Positions 9,751 through 18,401 of a stretch of 64,000 nucleotides of DNA are shown piece after piece. The stretch lies in contig CP092821.1 of assembly GCA_022530585.1 (NCBI GenBank), forward strand, positions 262,222 to 326,221. Reading direction: 5' to 3'. Origin of the DNA: Candidatus Nealsonbacteria bacterium DGGOD1a. GTDB taxonomy: Bacteria; Patescibacteriota; Minisyncoccia; Minisyncoccales; UBA5738. The translations under genes were made by a program, and so were the position numbers. The notes under the pieces were generated by a model. The model was not told the DNA's origin. It saw only the letters and a program-made list of their open reading frames with translations, and did no database searches. How positions within the stretch are numbered: position 1 is the stretch's first letter; the number at the start of each line of letters is the position of its first letter.

Positions 9751-9992
9751 TATGGTAATTATTTGGTTATCATACTATGAATTGCCGTTAATTCAAAAAC
9801 GCGCCGAAAGCGCGTCTTTGAATTGTTCTCCTCCGCTATGGGCGGAGAAGCCGGAAAATAAAGAAAAAAATACCATAAGTATTCTTTTCTTTATTCATAG
9901 GTGCGTTCTTTGACCCGAAAGGTTCAAAGGATGCGCATATAAAGTAAAGAGCTCTTATAAAATGATTATATCATCATTGGTTTTCGCGTAAA

Positions 9993-10150
9993 GTAACCCC
10001 TCACTGGGGTTTGTATTTTAAGGGTCTATCCCCTGTGTAATCGCAGGGGTTAGACCCTGGCAAGAAAGCATTCGGGGTGAATTTCAAGGGTCTAACCCTC
10101 GCATTAACGAGGGATAGACCCTTGAAATTCCGTTCCCAGTGAGGGGTTGC
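9993..10150. mobile_element. MITE-like element built from two REP hairpins, with 8-bp target-site duplication
   Basis: TIRs are GTAACCCCTCACTGGG / CCCAGTGAGGGGTTGC (1 mismatch). The direct repeat CGCGTAAA occurs at 9985-9992 and 10151-10158. Inside are hairpins GGGTCTATCCCCTG..CAGGGGTTAGACCC and CAAGGGTCTAACCCTCG..CGAGGGATAGACCCTTG. Confidence 0.7.
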
Positions 10151-10211
10151 CGCGTAAAATATTGCTTTTTCCATTTTTTTATTTTATAATAATAATTGTT
10201 GGCAAAATAAT

Positions 10212-10332
10212 ATGAAAATATTTTTCGATTATCAGGAAACAAAGTTGACGATGTGACCGCAGGGGATTAACCGGCCGTTTTAAAGACGGTTTGTTTGCTT
10301 GAGTAAGCAATTGTTAATACCCCTGTTTTTTT
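10212..10332 (+). promoter_or_regulatory. Leader peptide ORF (14 codons) plus terminator/attenuator upstream of the ABC-F gene
   Basis: ATG at 10212 to TGA at 10256 (MKIFFDYQETKLTM). A long-range stem CAGGGGATTAAC (10260-10271) / GTTAATACCCCTG (10313-10325) plus T7 encloses two inner hairpins (CCGT..ACGG, TTGCTT..AAGCAA). Confidence 0.5.
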
Positions 10333-10364
10333 GTTGGCAAGCGGCAGAAAATCGGGCGAAATTC

Positions 10365-12077
10365 ATGAAAAAAGATAAAATAAAAATCACGCCAAAAGAG
10401 ACTTTGGCCAAGAAAATCAATATTCCGAAAAATTTGGGAACAAATATCGGCGTCAACGCGGGCGATCCTTTGGTGATTATCAAGGATATTTCAAAAACCT
10501 ATGGCAAGGAAGAGCTGTTTTCGGCCGCGCGCATGCGCGTAATGCCGGGTGATCGGATCGCCATCGTGGGCGCCAACGGTATGGGCAAGACCACATTGTT
10601 GAAAATTATTATCGGCATCGAGGACGCCGACGAAGGTTCGCGCGAATTGCATCGCAATGCCCGCATCGGTTATTTGCCGCAGGAAACTCATTGGGATTCG
10701 CTGCAAAACACCGTGTTCGACGAGATACATTCGGCCAGTCCCAAAATGCGCGATTTGATTTCGCGCAAGAATGACTATGAGGCAAAAGAGAAATTGAGCC
10801 GTCTTTCCGAAAGCGAAGTCGCCGATTATTTAAAACTTCTTGAAGATTACAAAACGGCCGACGGTTATCGCTATGAGGGCTTGATCGAGCGATTGTTGAT
10901 CGACTTCGGTTTTGCCAAAGAGGCGTGGACCCGGACCGTGGCCACTTTAAGCGGCGGGGAGCGCACCAAGCTGGCGCTGGCCAAAGTGGCGCTGATGAAC
11001 CCGAATATGATCATGCTGGATGAACCCACCAACCATTTGGATATTGAAACTTCGGAATGGCTGGAGAATTTTTTGATCCATTGGAACAAAGCGATTGTTT
11101 GCGTTTCGCATGACCGCTATTTTCTGGACAAGGTGTGCGGCAAGACCTATGAACTGACCAAAAACGGCTTGGAAAAATACCAGTGCCGGTATTCGGAATA
11201 TGTCGCGGAAAAAGAAGAACGGCGCGCGAAACTGGAAAAAGATTACAAAATCCAACAGCATTATTTGAAGGAACAGCAGGAATTCATCGACCGTTTCCGC
11301 TACAAGGCGACCAAGGCGAGCGCCGTGCAGAGCCGTATTAAAATGCTGGAAAAAATGGATAAAATCGAACTTCCCAAGGAAACGGCCAAAGACATCAAAA
11401 TACGCTTTGACGCGGGCGGCAAACTTTGCCGCAGCGTGCTGAAATTCGACGGTATCAGCATCGGTCCCGAAGAAAAACCGTTGTTTTCATTGGGTGGCAA
11501 GCTTGAAGTTGAATGGGGCGATAAAGTGGGCATTATCGGCAACAATGGCATGGGTAAATCGACTTTACTCAAAAGCGTGCTGGGCAAAATGCCGCTTTTA
11601 AAAGGCAAAATCACTATCGACAGCCGCGCGATCATCGGTTATTACGCGCAGGCGCACGAAGAGCTTGATCCGGACAAAATAATTCTGGACGAAGTGGCGT
11701 CAAAAACTCCGGAAACCGAGGAAAAAATCCGCAGCGTTCTGGGCGCGTTGCTGTTCTCGCCCGCGGATGTCGAGAAAAAACAAATTCGCTGTCTTTCGGG
11801 CGGAGAACGCGCGCGCGTGGCTTTGGCCGAGCTGATTTTGCAAAAGGTGAATCTTTTATTGCTTGACGAGCCCACCAATCATCTTGATTTGCCCAGCAAA
11901 GAAGTGATTACCAAGGTATTCAAAGAATACAAAGGCACCATTCTGCTGGTGAGCCACGACCGCTATATTCTCAATGAAGCCTGCAATTACATCTGGGATG
12001 TGCGGGACGGCAAACTGACCGGTTACATCGGCAACTACGATGATTACAAATACCACCTTGCCCACATCCAAAAATAA
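10365..12077 (+). CDS. ABC-F family ATPase (EttA/Uup/ARE-like translation factor)
   Basis: Two ABC cassettes (GANGMGKTTLLK/LSGGERTKLALA and GNNGMGKSTLLK/LSGGERARVALA) with a linker and no TM domain. The ATG at 10365 is preferred because the track start 10299 lies inside the leader terminator. Confidence 0.85.
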   Translation: MKKDKIKITPKETLAKKINIPKNLGTNIGVNAGDPLVIIKDISKTYGKEELFSAARMRVMPGDRIAIVGANGMGKTTLLKIIIGIEDADEGSRELHRNARIGYLPQETHWDSLQNTVFDEIHSASPKMRDLISRKNDYEAKEKLSRLSESEVADYLKLLEDYKTADGYRYEGLIERLLIDFGFAKEAWTRTVATLSGGERTKLALAKVALMNPNMIMLDEPTNHLDIETSEWLENFLIHWNKAIVCVSHDRYFLDKVCGKTYELTKNGLEKYQCRYSEYVAEKEERRAKLEKDYKIQQHYLKEQQEFIDRFRYKATKASAVQSRIKMLEKMDKIELPKETAKDIKIRFDAGGKLCRSVLKFDGISIGPEEKPLFSLGGKLEVEWGDKVGIIGNNGMGKSTLLKSVLGKMPLLKGKITIDSRAIIGYYAQAHEELDPDKIILDEVASKTPETEEKIRSVLGALLFSPADVEKKQIRCLSGGERARVALAELILQKVNLLLLDEPTNHLDLPSKEVITKVFKEYKGTILLVSHDRYILNEACNYIWDVRDGKLTGYIGNYDDYKYHLAHIQK

Positions 12078-12099
12078 TCCGCATTCTTTCAGAAATAAG

Positions 12100-12121
12100 C
12101 CGCGCCGCCGCCGCGGTTTTT
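12100..12121 (+). terminator. Intrinsic terminator after the ABC-F gene
   Basis: CCGCG..CGCGG stem followed by TTTTT. Confidence 0.55.
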
Positions 12122-12265
12122 GGGTTGCGTTTGGCGCGACAATTTGTTAGTTTGAGGCTGGTGTTGCGAATATGGATAAAATAGATGAATCGCGAAATAT
12201 AATTTTCGGTAAATTGTAATAAAAAATATAACCCGGGTTGAGCGATAATAAAAAATAAAAATCAT

Positions 12266-12832
12266 ATGAAAAAATTGCAAAGAAAGCAAATTGTGGCCGT
12301 GGCGATTATGATATTTTGCGCGGCGTGCGCCGGAGTCGGCGCGGTCTACGCCAACGAATCGGCGATGAGAGGCAAAGACCTCGCGGCGGCAATCGCGCAG
12401 AAATTTAATTTGGATGAAGCCCAAGTGCAGGCGGTGTTTGACCAGCAACGCGAAAAAATGCAAGCCAATCGCGAGGAAATGGAAACAAAACGCCAAGAGC
12501 AATTCGAAAGCCGTTTGGACAAATTGGTTTCCGAAGGAAAATTGACCGAAGCGCAAGCGGCGGCAATCAAAGCCAAGAAAGCGGAATTGGAAACCGCGCG
12601 GGAAGCCGATAGAGGCGAAAACAGGACTGAATTTAAAAATATGACCGAAGAAGAGCGCAAAGCGGCAATGGAAGAACAAAAAACCAAAATGGAAGCGCAG
12701 CGCGAAGCTTTGAAGCAATGGGCGCAAGGCAATGGAATTTCCGAAGAATATCTGCCCATGGTCGGTATGGGATTTGCCGGCGGCGGGCATGGTCGCGGGG
12801 GCCACGGTTTTGGCGGATCAATACCGGAATAA
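12266..12832 (+). CDS. Secreted/anchored coiled-coil protein with Gly/His-rich tail
   Basis: N-terminal hydrophobic segment, an E/K/A/Q-rich helical body, and a GGGHGRGGHGFGG C-terminus. No family recognised. Confidence 0.5.
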   Translation: MKKLQRKQIVAVAIMIFCAACAGVGAVYANESAMRGKDLAAAIAQKFNLDEAQVQAVFDQQREKMQANREEMETKRQEQFESRLDKLVSEGKLTEAQAAAIKAKKAELETAREADRGENRTEFKNMTEEERKAAMEEQKTKMEAQREALKQWAQGNGISEEYLPMVGMGFAGGGHGRGGHGFGGSIPE

Positions 12833-13047
12833 GCGGTTTTAATCGGTTGTCGATAAAATGGAAAAAGGCCGATGGGAGAACGGCCTTTTTTCATACGACA
12901 AAACATGGGATTGATCGCGTTCGCCGCGCCATTCCGAGATTGAAAATAATGGGGGGAATTGTTATTTTGGATGAAGCGGCGAGATAAATGCGGAATCAAT
13001 TATCTATCTTCCGGGGGCAAGCTCCGAAAGCTGTCGGATTCGCAAAT

Positions 13048-13410
13048 ATGAAAATTATAATTTATGAAAAATGCGGGGACAAGATCGGGCAGGCGGCGAG
13101 CGATGAAATAATTGTTAACAACGAGCGGGACGCGCTGGATTTGATGGTCGATCCACGATTGCGGGGCGCGCGGAAAATAATCATCGGCCGGAAAAACATC
13201 ATTCCGGGATTTTTTGATTTGAGCACGCGCATTGCCGGCGAAATCTTGCAAAAATTCGTTACCTATCAAGTCAAACTGGCCATCGTCGGTGATTTTTCCG
13301 ATGCCAGCCCAACCCTCAAAGACTTCATCTACGAAAGCAACCGCGGCACCCAAATTTTTTTTGTTGACGACATCGAAACCGCAAAGAACAAGCTTTTTGC
13401 GGCGAAATAA
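13048..13410 (+). CDS. DUF4180-like protein
   Basis: ~120 aa from the ATG at 13048 (MKIIIYEKCGD...). The pattern ERDALDLM...FFDLSTRIAGEILQKFVTYQVKLAIVGDF resembles DUF4180 family proteins. Confidence 0.5.
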   Translation: MKIIIYEKCGDKIGQAASDEIIVNNERDALDLMVDPRLRGARKIIIGRKNIIPGFFDLSTRIAGEILQKFVTYQVKLAIVGDFSDASPTLKDFIYESNRGTQIFFVDDIETAKNKLFAAK

Positions 13411-13411
13411 A

Positions 13412-13476
13412 AAAGGATGTTTCCTTTGGAATCCTCATTCTTTTTGTTCCCCGCAGCAAGCTGACGGGGTATAAAA
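13412..13476 (-). repeat. Family-A repeat, partial copy (hairpins 1-2)
   Basis: The reverse complement reads ATACCCCGTCAGCTTGCTGCGGGGAACAAAAAGAATGAGGATTCCAAAGGAAACATCCTTT. Confidence 0.8.
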
Positions 13477-13537
13477 ATAATAAAAAAAGACCATTTCGGG
13501 ATTCTTAAGGAAGGGAGGATAACAACCGCTCACCGGG

Positions 13538-13600
13538 GAGCAAATTTGTGGAGGTTTGGCCTCAGCTTTTGGGAGGTCAATCCTCAACGAATTTGCGGCG
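13538..13600. repeat. Family-D long hairpin element, copy 1
   Basis: GCAAATTTGTGGAGG (13540-13554) pairs with CCTCAACGAATTTGC (13582-13596). Inside are GAGG-N5-CCTC mini-hairpins. A homologous copy lies at 39925-39992. Confidence 0.7.
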
Positions 13601-13696
13601 ATGAATGGCGTGAATGCGAAGGTCAATCCTCGGCTTGCGTATCGCCGGCCGCGATAATCTGCTATAATCAAATTAACAAATTATAATTTGAAAAAT

Positions 13697-13849
13697 ATGA
13701 ATCTAAAAGTTATTTCTAAAGAGAGGGAAACGAATTGGATGTATGTCGCGGTGGTGCTGGTGTCGGCGGCGATAACCGGCGCGTGGTTGATTTCATACAT
13801 TAACAGCGATCCGGTTCAGGGAGCGGTTGATGTCGGATATGTTCGCTAA
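13697..13849 (+). CDS. Small membrane protein (50 aa), tentative
   Basis: ATG-to-TAA ORF MNLKVISKERETNWMYVAVVLVSAAITGAWLISYINSDPVQGAVDVGYVR with one predicted TM helix. Too short for the ORF track. Confidence 0.3.
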   Translation: MNLKVISKERETNWMYVAVVLVSAAITGAWLISYINSDPVQGAVDVGYVR

Positions 13850-13890
13850 AGGTCGGTATTTTCAATTCTAAAATTAATTAATAATCAAAA

Positions 13891-14766
13891 ATGGAAAATC
13901 AAACAAACAATATGTATTGCGGAAATTCAAAGATCGGCAAAGCGATCGTCGCGGTTTTGCTGGTCGCGCTGTCGGTTTATGTTCTGGTTCTGGCGTTCAA
14001 CGCCGCCAAGGCCAGCAAGTATGTTGGCCGCGACGCGGCCGCGCAGAGCACGATTTCGGTTTCCGGCAACGGCGAAGTTTATAAGGATCCCAATTTGGCG
14101 GTGATGAATTTTTCAGTGGTGAGCTTTGCCAAAACTGTGGACGCGGCGATGGCCGACAATACCAAGAAAATGAACGCGATTATTGACGCGGCGAAAAGTT
14201 TTGGCGTAGCCGAGAACGATTTGCAAACCACGGGATTCAATGTCGCTCCGCGTTATGATTATGTCAAAGAAGCCGCGGCGCCGGTTTCAATTTCGGCGCC
14301 GGAGGCCGGATCGGTCGCCGGATCGGATGATATGGCGGTTAGCCGGCAGGTTTATTATCCGTCCGGGAAACAGGTTCTTTCCGGTTACGATATCACCCAG
14401 ACGCTGACCGTAAAAATGAGGGATTTGACAAAAATCGGCCAGATTATCCAGGAGTTGACCGCGGCGGGCGCCAATCAGGCGGGCAATTTGCAATTTACGC
14501 TCGATAAACCCGATGAGGCCCAAGCCGAAGCGCGCAAGATCGCGATTGATAACGCCAAAACCAAAGCGGAAAAATTGGCGAAGGATTTGGGCGTGAAATT
14601 GGTGCGGATATTGAATTATAACGATGGCGGTTACGCTCCGGTTTACCAGTTGAATTACGCGGCCAAGGATATGGGGGCGGGCGAGGAAAGCGTGCCGTCG
14701 CCCAATATTCAGACCGGCCAAAACAAAATTACCGTGAATGCAAACATCACCTACGAGATTGAATAG
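13891..14766 (+). CDS. SIMPL/DUF541-domain protein
   Basis: N-terminal TM helix. TISVSGNGEVYKDPNLAVMNFSV and a C-terminal GQNKITVNANITYEI pattern are typical of SIMPL (26-kDa periplasmic immunogenic protein) family members. Confidence 0.65.
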   Translation: MENQTNNMYCGNSKIGKAIVAVLLVALSVYVLVLAFNAAKASKYVGRDAAAQSTISVSGNGEVYKDPNLAVMNFSVVSFAKTVDAAMADNTKKMNAIIDAAKSFGVAENDLQTTGFNVAPRYDYVKEAAAPVSISAPEAGSVAGSDDMAVSRQVYYPSGKQVLSGYDITQTLTVKMRDLTKIGQIIQELTAAGANQAGNLQFTLDKPDEAQAEARKIAIDNAKTKAEKLAKDLGVKLVRILNYNDGGYAPVYQLNYAAKDMGAGEESVPSPNIQTGQNKITVNANITYEIE

Positions 14767-14826
14767 TTTGTTTCGAATCAAAAACCATCCTTTCAATAAA
14801 GGGTGGTTTTTTGTTATTATGGGCAA

Positions 14827-15366
14827 ATGAGCACAATGATCGGAAGAGTCGATTCAAAAGGTTTTTTAAAGGCGATATTTTTTTCATTGGCCGCGGTTTA
14901 TTTTATTTATTGCGCGGCGGACCGGCAGGGATTTCATTTTTTTGACAATGTCGATTTGGTGGTGCATGAAGCCGGACATGTTTTGTTTTTTCCATTCGGC
15001 GAATTCTTGAATGTCGCCGGCGGAACGATTCTGCAATTGCTGGCGCCGATGGTTTTTGTTTTATATTTTTTGTTCAAGCGCGATTTTTATTCAGTCGGAA
15101 TTGTTTCATTTTGGCTTGGCCAAAGCTTTGTCAATGTGGCGCGCTATGCCGCGGACGCGGTTGAAATGAATTTGTCTTTGCTGGGCGGCGGCAATCACGA
15201 CTGGAACTTTTTGTTGGCGCAAACCGGCGCGCTGGCGGAGGCGCAAACGGTATCAAACGCATTTTATTACGCGGGTATTGCAATTATTTGCGCCGGGATT
15301 ATCATCGGATTATCGAATATTAAATACCATAAGGATGGCGAGGGCCGGCCGGGAAAAAATAATTAG
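14827..15366 (+). CDS. Polytopic membrane protein with HExxH zinc-protease motif
   Basis: Several TM helices and VVHEAGHVLFFPFG. The start was set to the ATG at 14827. Confidence 0.5.
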   Translation: MSTMIGRVDSKGFLKAIFFSLAAVYFIYCAADRQGFHFFDNVDLVVHEAGHVLFFPFGEFLNVAGGTILQLLAPMVFVLYFLFKRDFYSVGIVSFWLGQSFVNVARYAADAVEMNLSLLGGGNHDWNFLLAQTGALAEAQTVSNAFYYAGIAIICAGIIIGLSNIKYHKDGEGRPGKNN

Positions 15367-15450
15367 ACAAATTTTGGAAATAATATCTTGGATTTGGCGA
15401 TATTAATTTGGATTACGAAGCCCGTAATTCAAAGCGATATTAATAAAAAA

Positions 15451-16713
15451 ATGGCGGATAATAAAAATAATTATGATGTGGCGGTGATCGGCGCCGGGCC
15501 GGCCGGAATGATGGCGGCGATCAGTGCCGCCGAAATCGGGGCAAGGGTGGTTTTGATCGAGAAAAACGAAACTCCGGGCAAAAAACTTTTGTTGACCGGC
15601 GGCGGGCGATGCAATTTGACCAACCTTGAGCTTGATTTGCGCAAACTGGTCGCCAATTATGGCGAAACCGGCGCGTTTTTGTTCCACGCGTTTTCCGAGT
15701 TCGGCCCAAAGGACAGTGTTGAGTTTTTTAATAAGTTGGGCGTGGAAACCATGGTTGAAAACAACCGGCGAGTTTTGACCGGAAGCGGCAAGGCTGACGA
15801 TGTTTTGGAAGCTTTGGTCGGCCGGTTAAAAAATCTGGGGGTGGAAATGATTTACGGCCGCAAGGTCGCGACTATCAACAAAAAAGATAATTCGATTTCT
15901 TCAATTATTATTGCCGGCGGCGAAACTATCGGCGCGAAAAATTATATTATTGCCACCGGCGGGAAATCATATCCGGGCACCGGTTCCACGGGGGACGGTT
16001 ATGACTGGGCGCACACCTTGGGCCATAAGATCATTAAATTGGCGCCGGCGCTGGTGCCGGTGAAGATCAAAGAACCGTGGGTAAAGGATTTGGCGGGAAT
16101 AAGCTTGAAACGCGCCGGTATAACCGTTTTCCGGAACCAAAAGAAAATAATTTCGGACGCGGGCGAGATTTTATTCACCCATTTCGGTTTGAGCGGCCCG
16201 GCGATTTTAAACATCAGCGCCGGAATCGGGGATTTGCCGGGAAAAAGCGAAGTAGTGATCTCTTTAAATCTTTTGCCCGCGTTAAACCGCGACGAATTGG
16301 AGAAAAACATTCTGGAAAATTTTCAAAACAATCCCAATAAAATTTTGAAAAATTGTTTGGCGGATTTTATTCCTTCGGGATTATCGCCGGCGATCGCGCA
16401 GATTGCCAACGCGAATCCCGCCAAGACGGTTAACGATGTCACCAAAGAGGAGCGGCGGCGGTTGGTTGAGGCGATGCGGGATTTGCGTCTGACGGTATCC
16501 GGATTGTTGGAAATCGAGACCGGAATGGTGACCGCCGGCGGGGTGGAGCCGGAAGGAATCGACGATAAAACAATGCGTTCCAAAACCATCAACAATTTGT
16601 TTTTCGCCGGCGAGATTATCAATGTCCATGGCGTAACCGGCGGTTTTAATCTTCAACAGTGCTGGTCAACCGGGCGCTTGGCGGGGGCGAGTGCAAGTGC
16701 GAATATTAAATAA
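15451..16713 (+). CDS. NAD(P)/FAD-dependent oxidoreductase (HI0933/BaiN-like)
   Basis: YDVAVIGAGPAGMMAA dinucleotide-binding motif, GGGRCNLTN, and C-terminal FAGEIINVHGVTGGFNLQ. The start was set to the ATG at 15451. Confidence 0.8.
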   Translation: MADNKNNYDVAVIGAGPAGMMAAISAAEIGARVVLIEKNETPGKKLLLTGGGRCNLTNLELDLRKLVANYGETGAFLFHAFSEFGPKDSVEFFNKLGVETMVENNRRVLTGSGKADDVLEALVGRLKNLGVEMIYGRKVATINKKDNSISSIIIAGGETIGAKNYIIATGGKSYPGTGSTGDGYDWAHTLGHKIIKLAPALVPVKIKEPWVKDLAGISLKRAGITVFRNQKKIISDAGEILFTHFGLSGPAILNISAGIGDLPGKSEVVISLNLLPALNRDELEKNILENFQNNPNKILKNCLADFIPSGLSPAIAQIANANPAKTVNDVTKEERRRLVEAMRDLRLTVSGLLEIETGMVTAGGVEPEGIDDKTMRSKTINNLFFAGEIINVHGVTGGFNLQQCWSTGRLAGASASANIK

Positions 16714-16727
16714 ATGTAGTCTAACCC

Positions 16728-16756
16728 TTGACAAAATATAATAATAGGTGTTTAAT
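16728..16756 (+). promoter_or_regulatory. Candidate sigma-70 promoter of the DGR target gene
   Basis: TTGACA (16728-16733), a 17-nt spacer, then TTTAAT (16751-16756). It is followed by a ~150-nt leader with the stem GGCCATAGCC..GGCTATGGCC. Confidence 0.4.
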
Positions 16757-16904
16757 GATTGCATTGTTCTTAATATAAACTTGCTATCGGCCATAGCCAA
16801 AAGTCCCTTGATAGAGATCGGGATTCCTGGCTATGGCCGCAATGGTTCATAGCTCTGCCTCGGATTAGAGGAAAAATGCCCGAGTCAGGGCAGGGGAGAA
16901 AAAA

Positions 16905-17525
16905 ATGAGTCAAGAATTCGCATCCGCCGGCCTTACCGCCGGCCAGTTGAACGCAATAGTGAAAATGCTTGGCGGCCACGACAAGGCTTTGGCCTTCCTT
17001 CGCGGCGAGATAACAGTTTCTGCCTCTCGAAATTGGCGGGAGGAGGGCGGCGTGATTTATTTCACCGTCACTTCTGATGGCACGACCGGGGCACAGTGGA
17101 TTGAACGCCTTGAGAGTAAAGAATTTCGTGTCGGAAGCTACGCCAAAAGCGTACTTCTTTCATCGGCTTTCAAACCGACCAGCGGCGTGACGACCGAGGT
17201 CGCCGTCCTTAAGGGAGAACGCTTTGAGGATGACGAGCGGATTACCAAGAATATCCGCGCCGAGGGCGATAAGCGCAAATTTGGGAAGCCGAATGCCGAG
17301 GTTGTGTGCCTGATTTGTGAGATGTTCACGGATGAGGAGATCGAGGCCATGGGGCTTTGGTGGATCGTGGTAATGCACGAGCCCATCAAAGATTCCGATG
17401 GCGATCCGAGCCTCCTTGGCGCGTACCGCTATGGCGATGGCGTCCGGCTGTACGCGTATTGGGACAAGCCCGGCTACCGGTGGGATCGCGGCGGCGGGTT
17501 CGCGCTCGCCGTTTCGCAAGTTTAG
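16905..17525 (+). CDS. DGR target (variable) protein
   Basis: 206-aa ORF whose last 43 codons form the VR. The C-terminus ...YAYWDKPGYRWDRGGGFALAVSQV resembles CLec-type DGR variable regions. The N-terminal ~160 aa carry no recognised domain. Confidence 0.85.
   Translation: MSQEFASAGLTAGQLNAIVKMLGGHDKALAFLRGEITVSASRNWREEGGVIYFTVTSDGTTGAQWIERLESKEFRVGSYAKSVLLSSAFKPTSGVTTEVAVLKGERFEDDERITKNIRAEGDKRKFGKPNAEVVCLICEMFTDEEIEAMGLWWIVVMHEPIKDSDGDPSLLGAYRYGDGVRLYAYWDKPGYRWDRGGGFALAVSQV
17391..17519 (+). other. DGR variable region (VR)
   Basis: 129 nt homologous to 17853-17981. There are 12 differences, all opposite TR adenines. Confidence 0.9.
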
Positions 17526-17852
17526 ATTTTGGGACTTATGGTCTTTGAACTTTGGTTTTTTGACCCTTAGTCCTTATCCCTTTTTCGATCTGTCGGAATT
17601 GGGATTTTTTAATAAAATAATGATATACTCAATTTTGGCAGTAGGTGAATGTGCGAGCGGTTAAGGCTTCTCGCCGCCGAACCCAGTATCCATGCGTCGG
17701 GAATATTCGCGGTTACGGCTGCGGATAGGGCGGCGCATGCAGAAACTTCAAAAAAGAAGATACTTGGCGCGAGATATTAAGGCATTGCGATGCCGGATTC
17801 GATTCAATCCCAAGAGTATTCAAGGGGTGGTGGCATAGGCGATATTTCGCGC

Positions 17853-17981
17853 AATTCCGATGGCGATCCAAACCTCCTTGGCGCGAACCGCAATGACGAT
17901 GGCGTCCGGCTGAACGCGTATTGGGACAAGCCCGGCAACCGGTGGAATCGCGACAACGGGTTCGCGCTCGCCGTTTCGCAA
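17853..17981 (+). other. DGR template region (TR)
   Basis: A non-coding copy of the VR rich in AAC/AAT codons (NSDGDPNLLGANRNDDGVRLNAYWDKPGNRWNRDNGF). 28 adenines by hand count, 12 of which differ in the VR. Confidence 0.9.
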
Positions 17982-17987
17982 CTCTCT

Positions 17988-18401
17988 TCATTTCTCCCCC
18001 GTTTTCACGGGAGAGTTTTGTTTTGATAGCTGTCCGTTCCAGCCGCCAAGCATCCTGCCGGCTTCGTCAAGCTTCACGGAAAGCGCGATGTATTTTTTGT
18101 TATCAAGCGATTTGGTTTCCCAGAGAATCATAAGAAGTACGCGAAGCGTATCCATTTTTTTGATTGCCAGTCGGACATATGGATGCTTTTCTTCTCGCGA
18201 AAGAAAACTGGCGGCCGCGATCGCTTCTATTACTTCAATAAACAATGTATCAATGCGCTGGCCCAGAGAGTAGCGATGTGTTTTGGGTAATTCCTGATAA
18301 AATTTGTACCATAAAAGATACGATTCTTTCACCTTGCCCAAAACCGGTAAAATTCGCGGTGGCGGTACTTCATGGATATGTCCAGAATTCAATATCAACA
18401 T
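17988..18401 (-). CDS. avd: Four-helix-bundle protein, DGR accessory variability determinant (Avd) type
   Basis: LPVLGKVKESYLLWYKFYQELPKTHRYSLGQRIDTLFIEVIEAI...LRVLLMILWETKSLDNKKYIALSVKLDEAGRMLGGW matches the PF05635-like family. The N-terminal ~80 codons of the track ORF were rejected. The start is at 18401 or 18413. Confidence 0.8.
   Translation of the reverse strand: MLILNSGHIHEVPPPRILPVLGKVKESYLLWYKFYQELPKTHRYSLGQRIDTLFIEVIEAIAAASFLSREEKHPYVRLAIKKMDTLRVLLMILWETKSLDNKKYIALSVKLDEAGRMLGGWNGQLSKQNSPVKTGEK

Noticed and set aside
10299-10364. The track start of the ABC-F ORF at 10299.
   Set aside because: This stretch lies inside the leader terminator stem and T-run. The ATG at 10365 (MKKDKIKI) was preferred.
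12089-12999. Long minus-strand ORFs (12089-12805, 12346-12999) opposite the coiled-coil gene.
   Set aside because: These are shadow frames of a repetitive E/K/A-rich plus-strand gene with low-complexity translations. The same judgement applies to 246-1037, 40573-41346, 42628-43206, 49534-50154, 51158-51799, 52117-52767 and 22745-23386.
17790-18026. The 78-aa track ORF spanning the TR.
   Set aside because: It is the in-frame translation of the DGR template repeat. It has no start context and overlaps the avd 3' end, so I treated it as non-coding TR.
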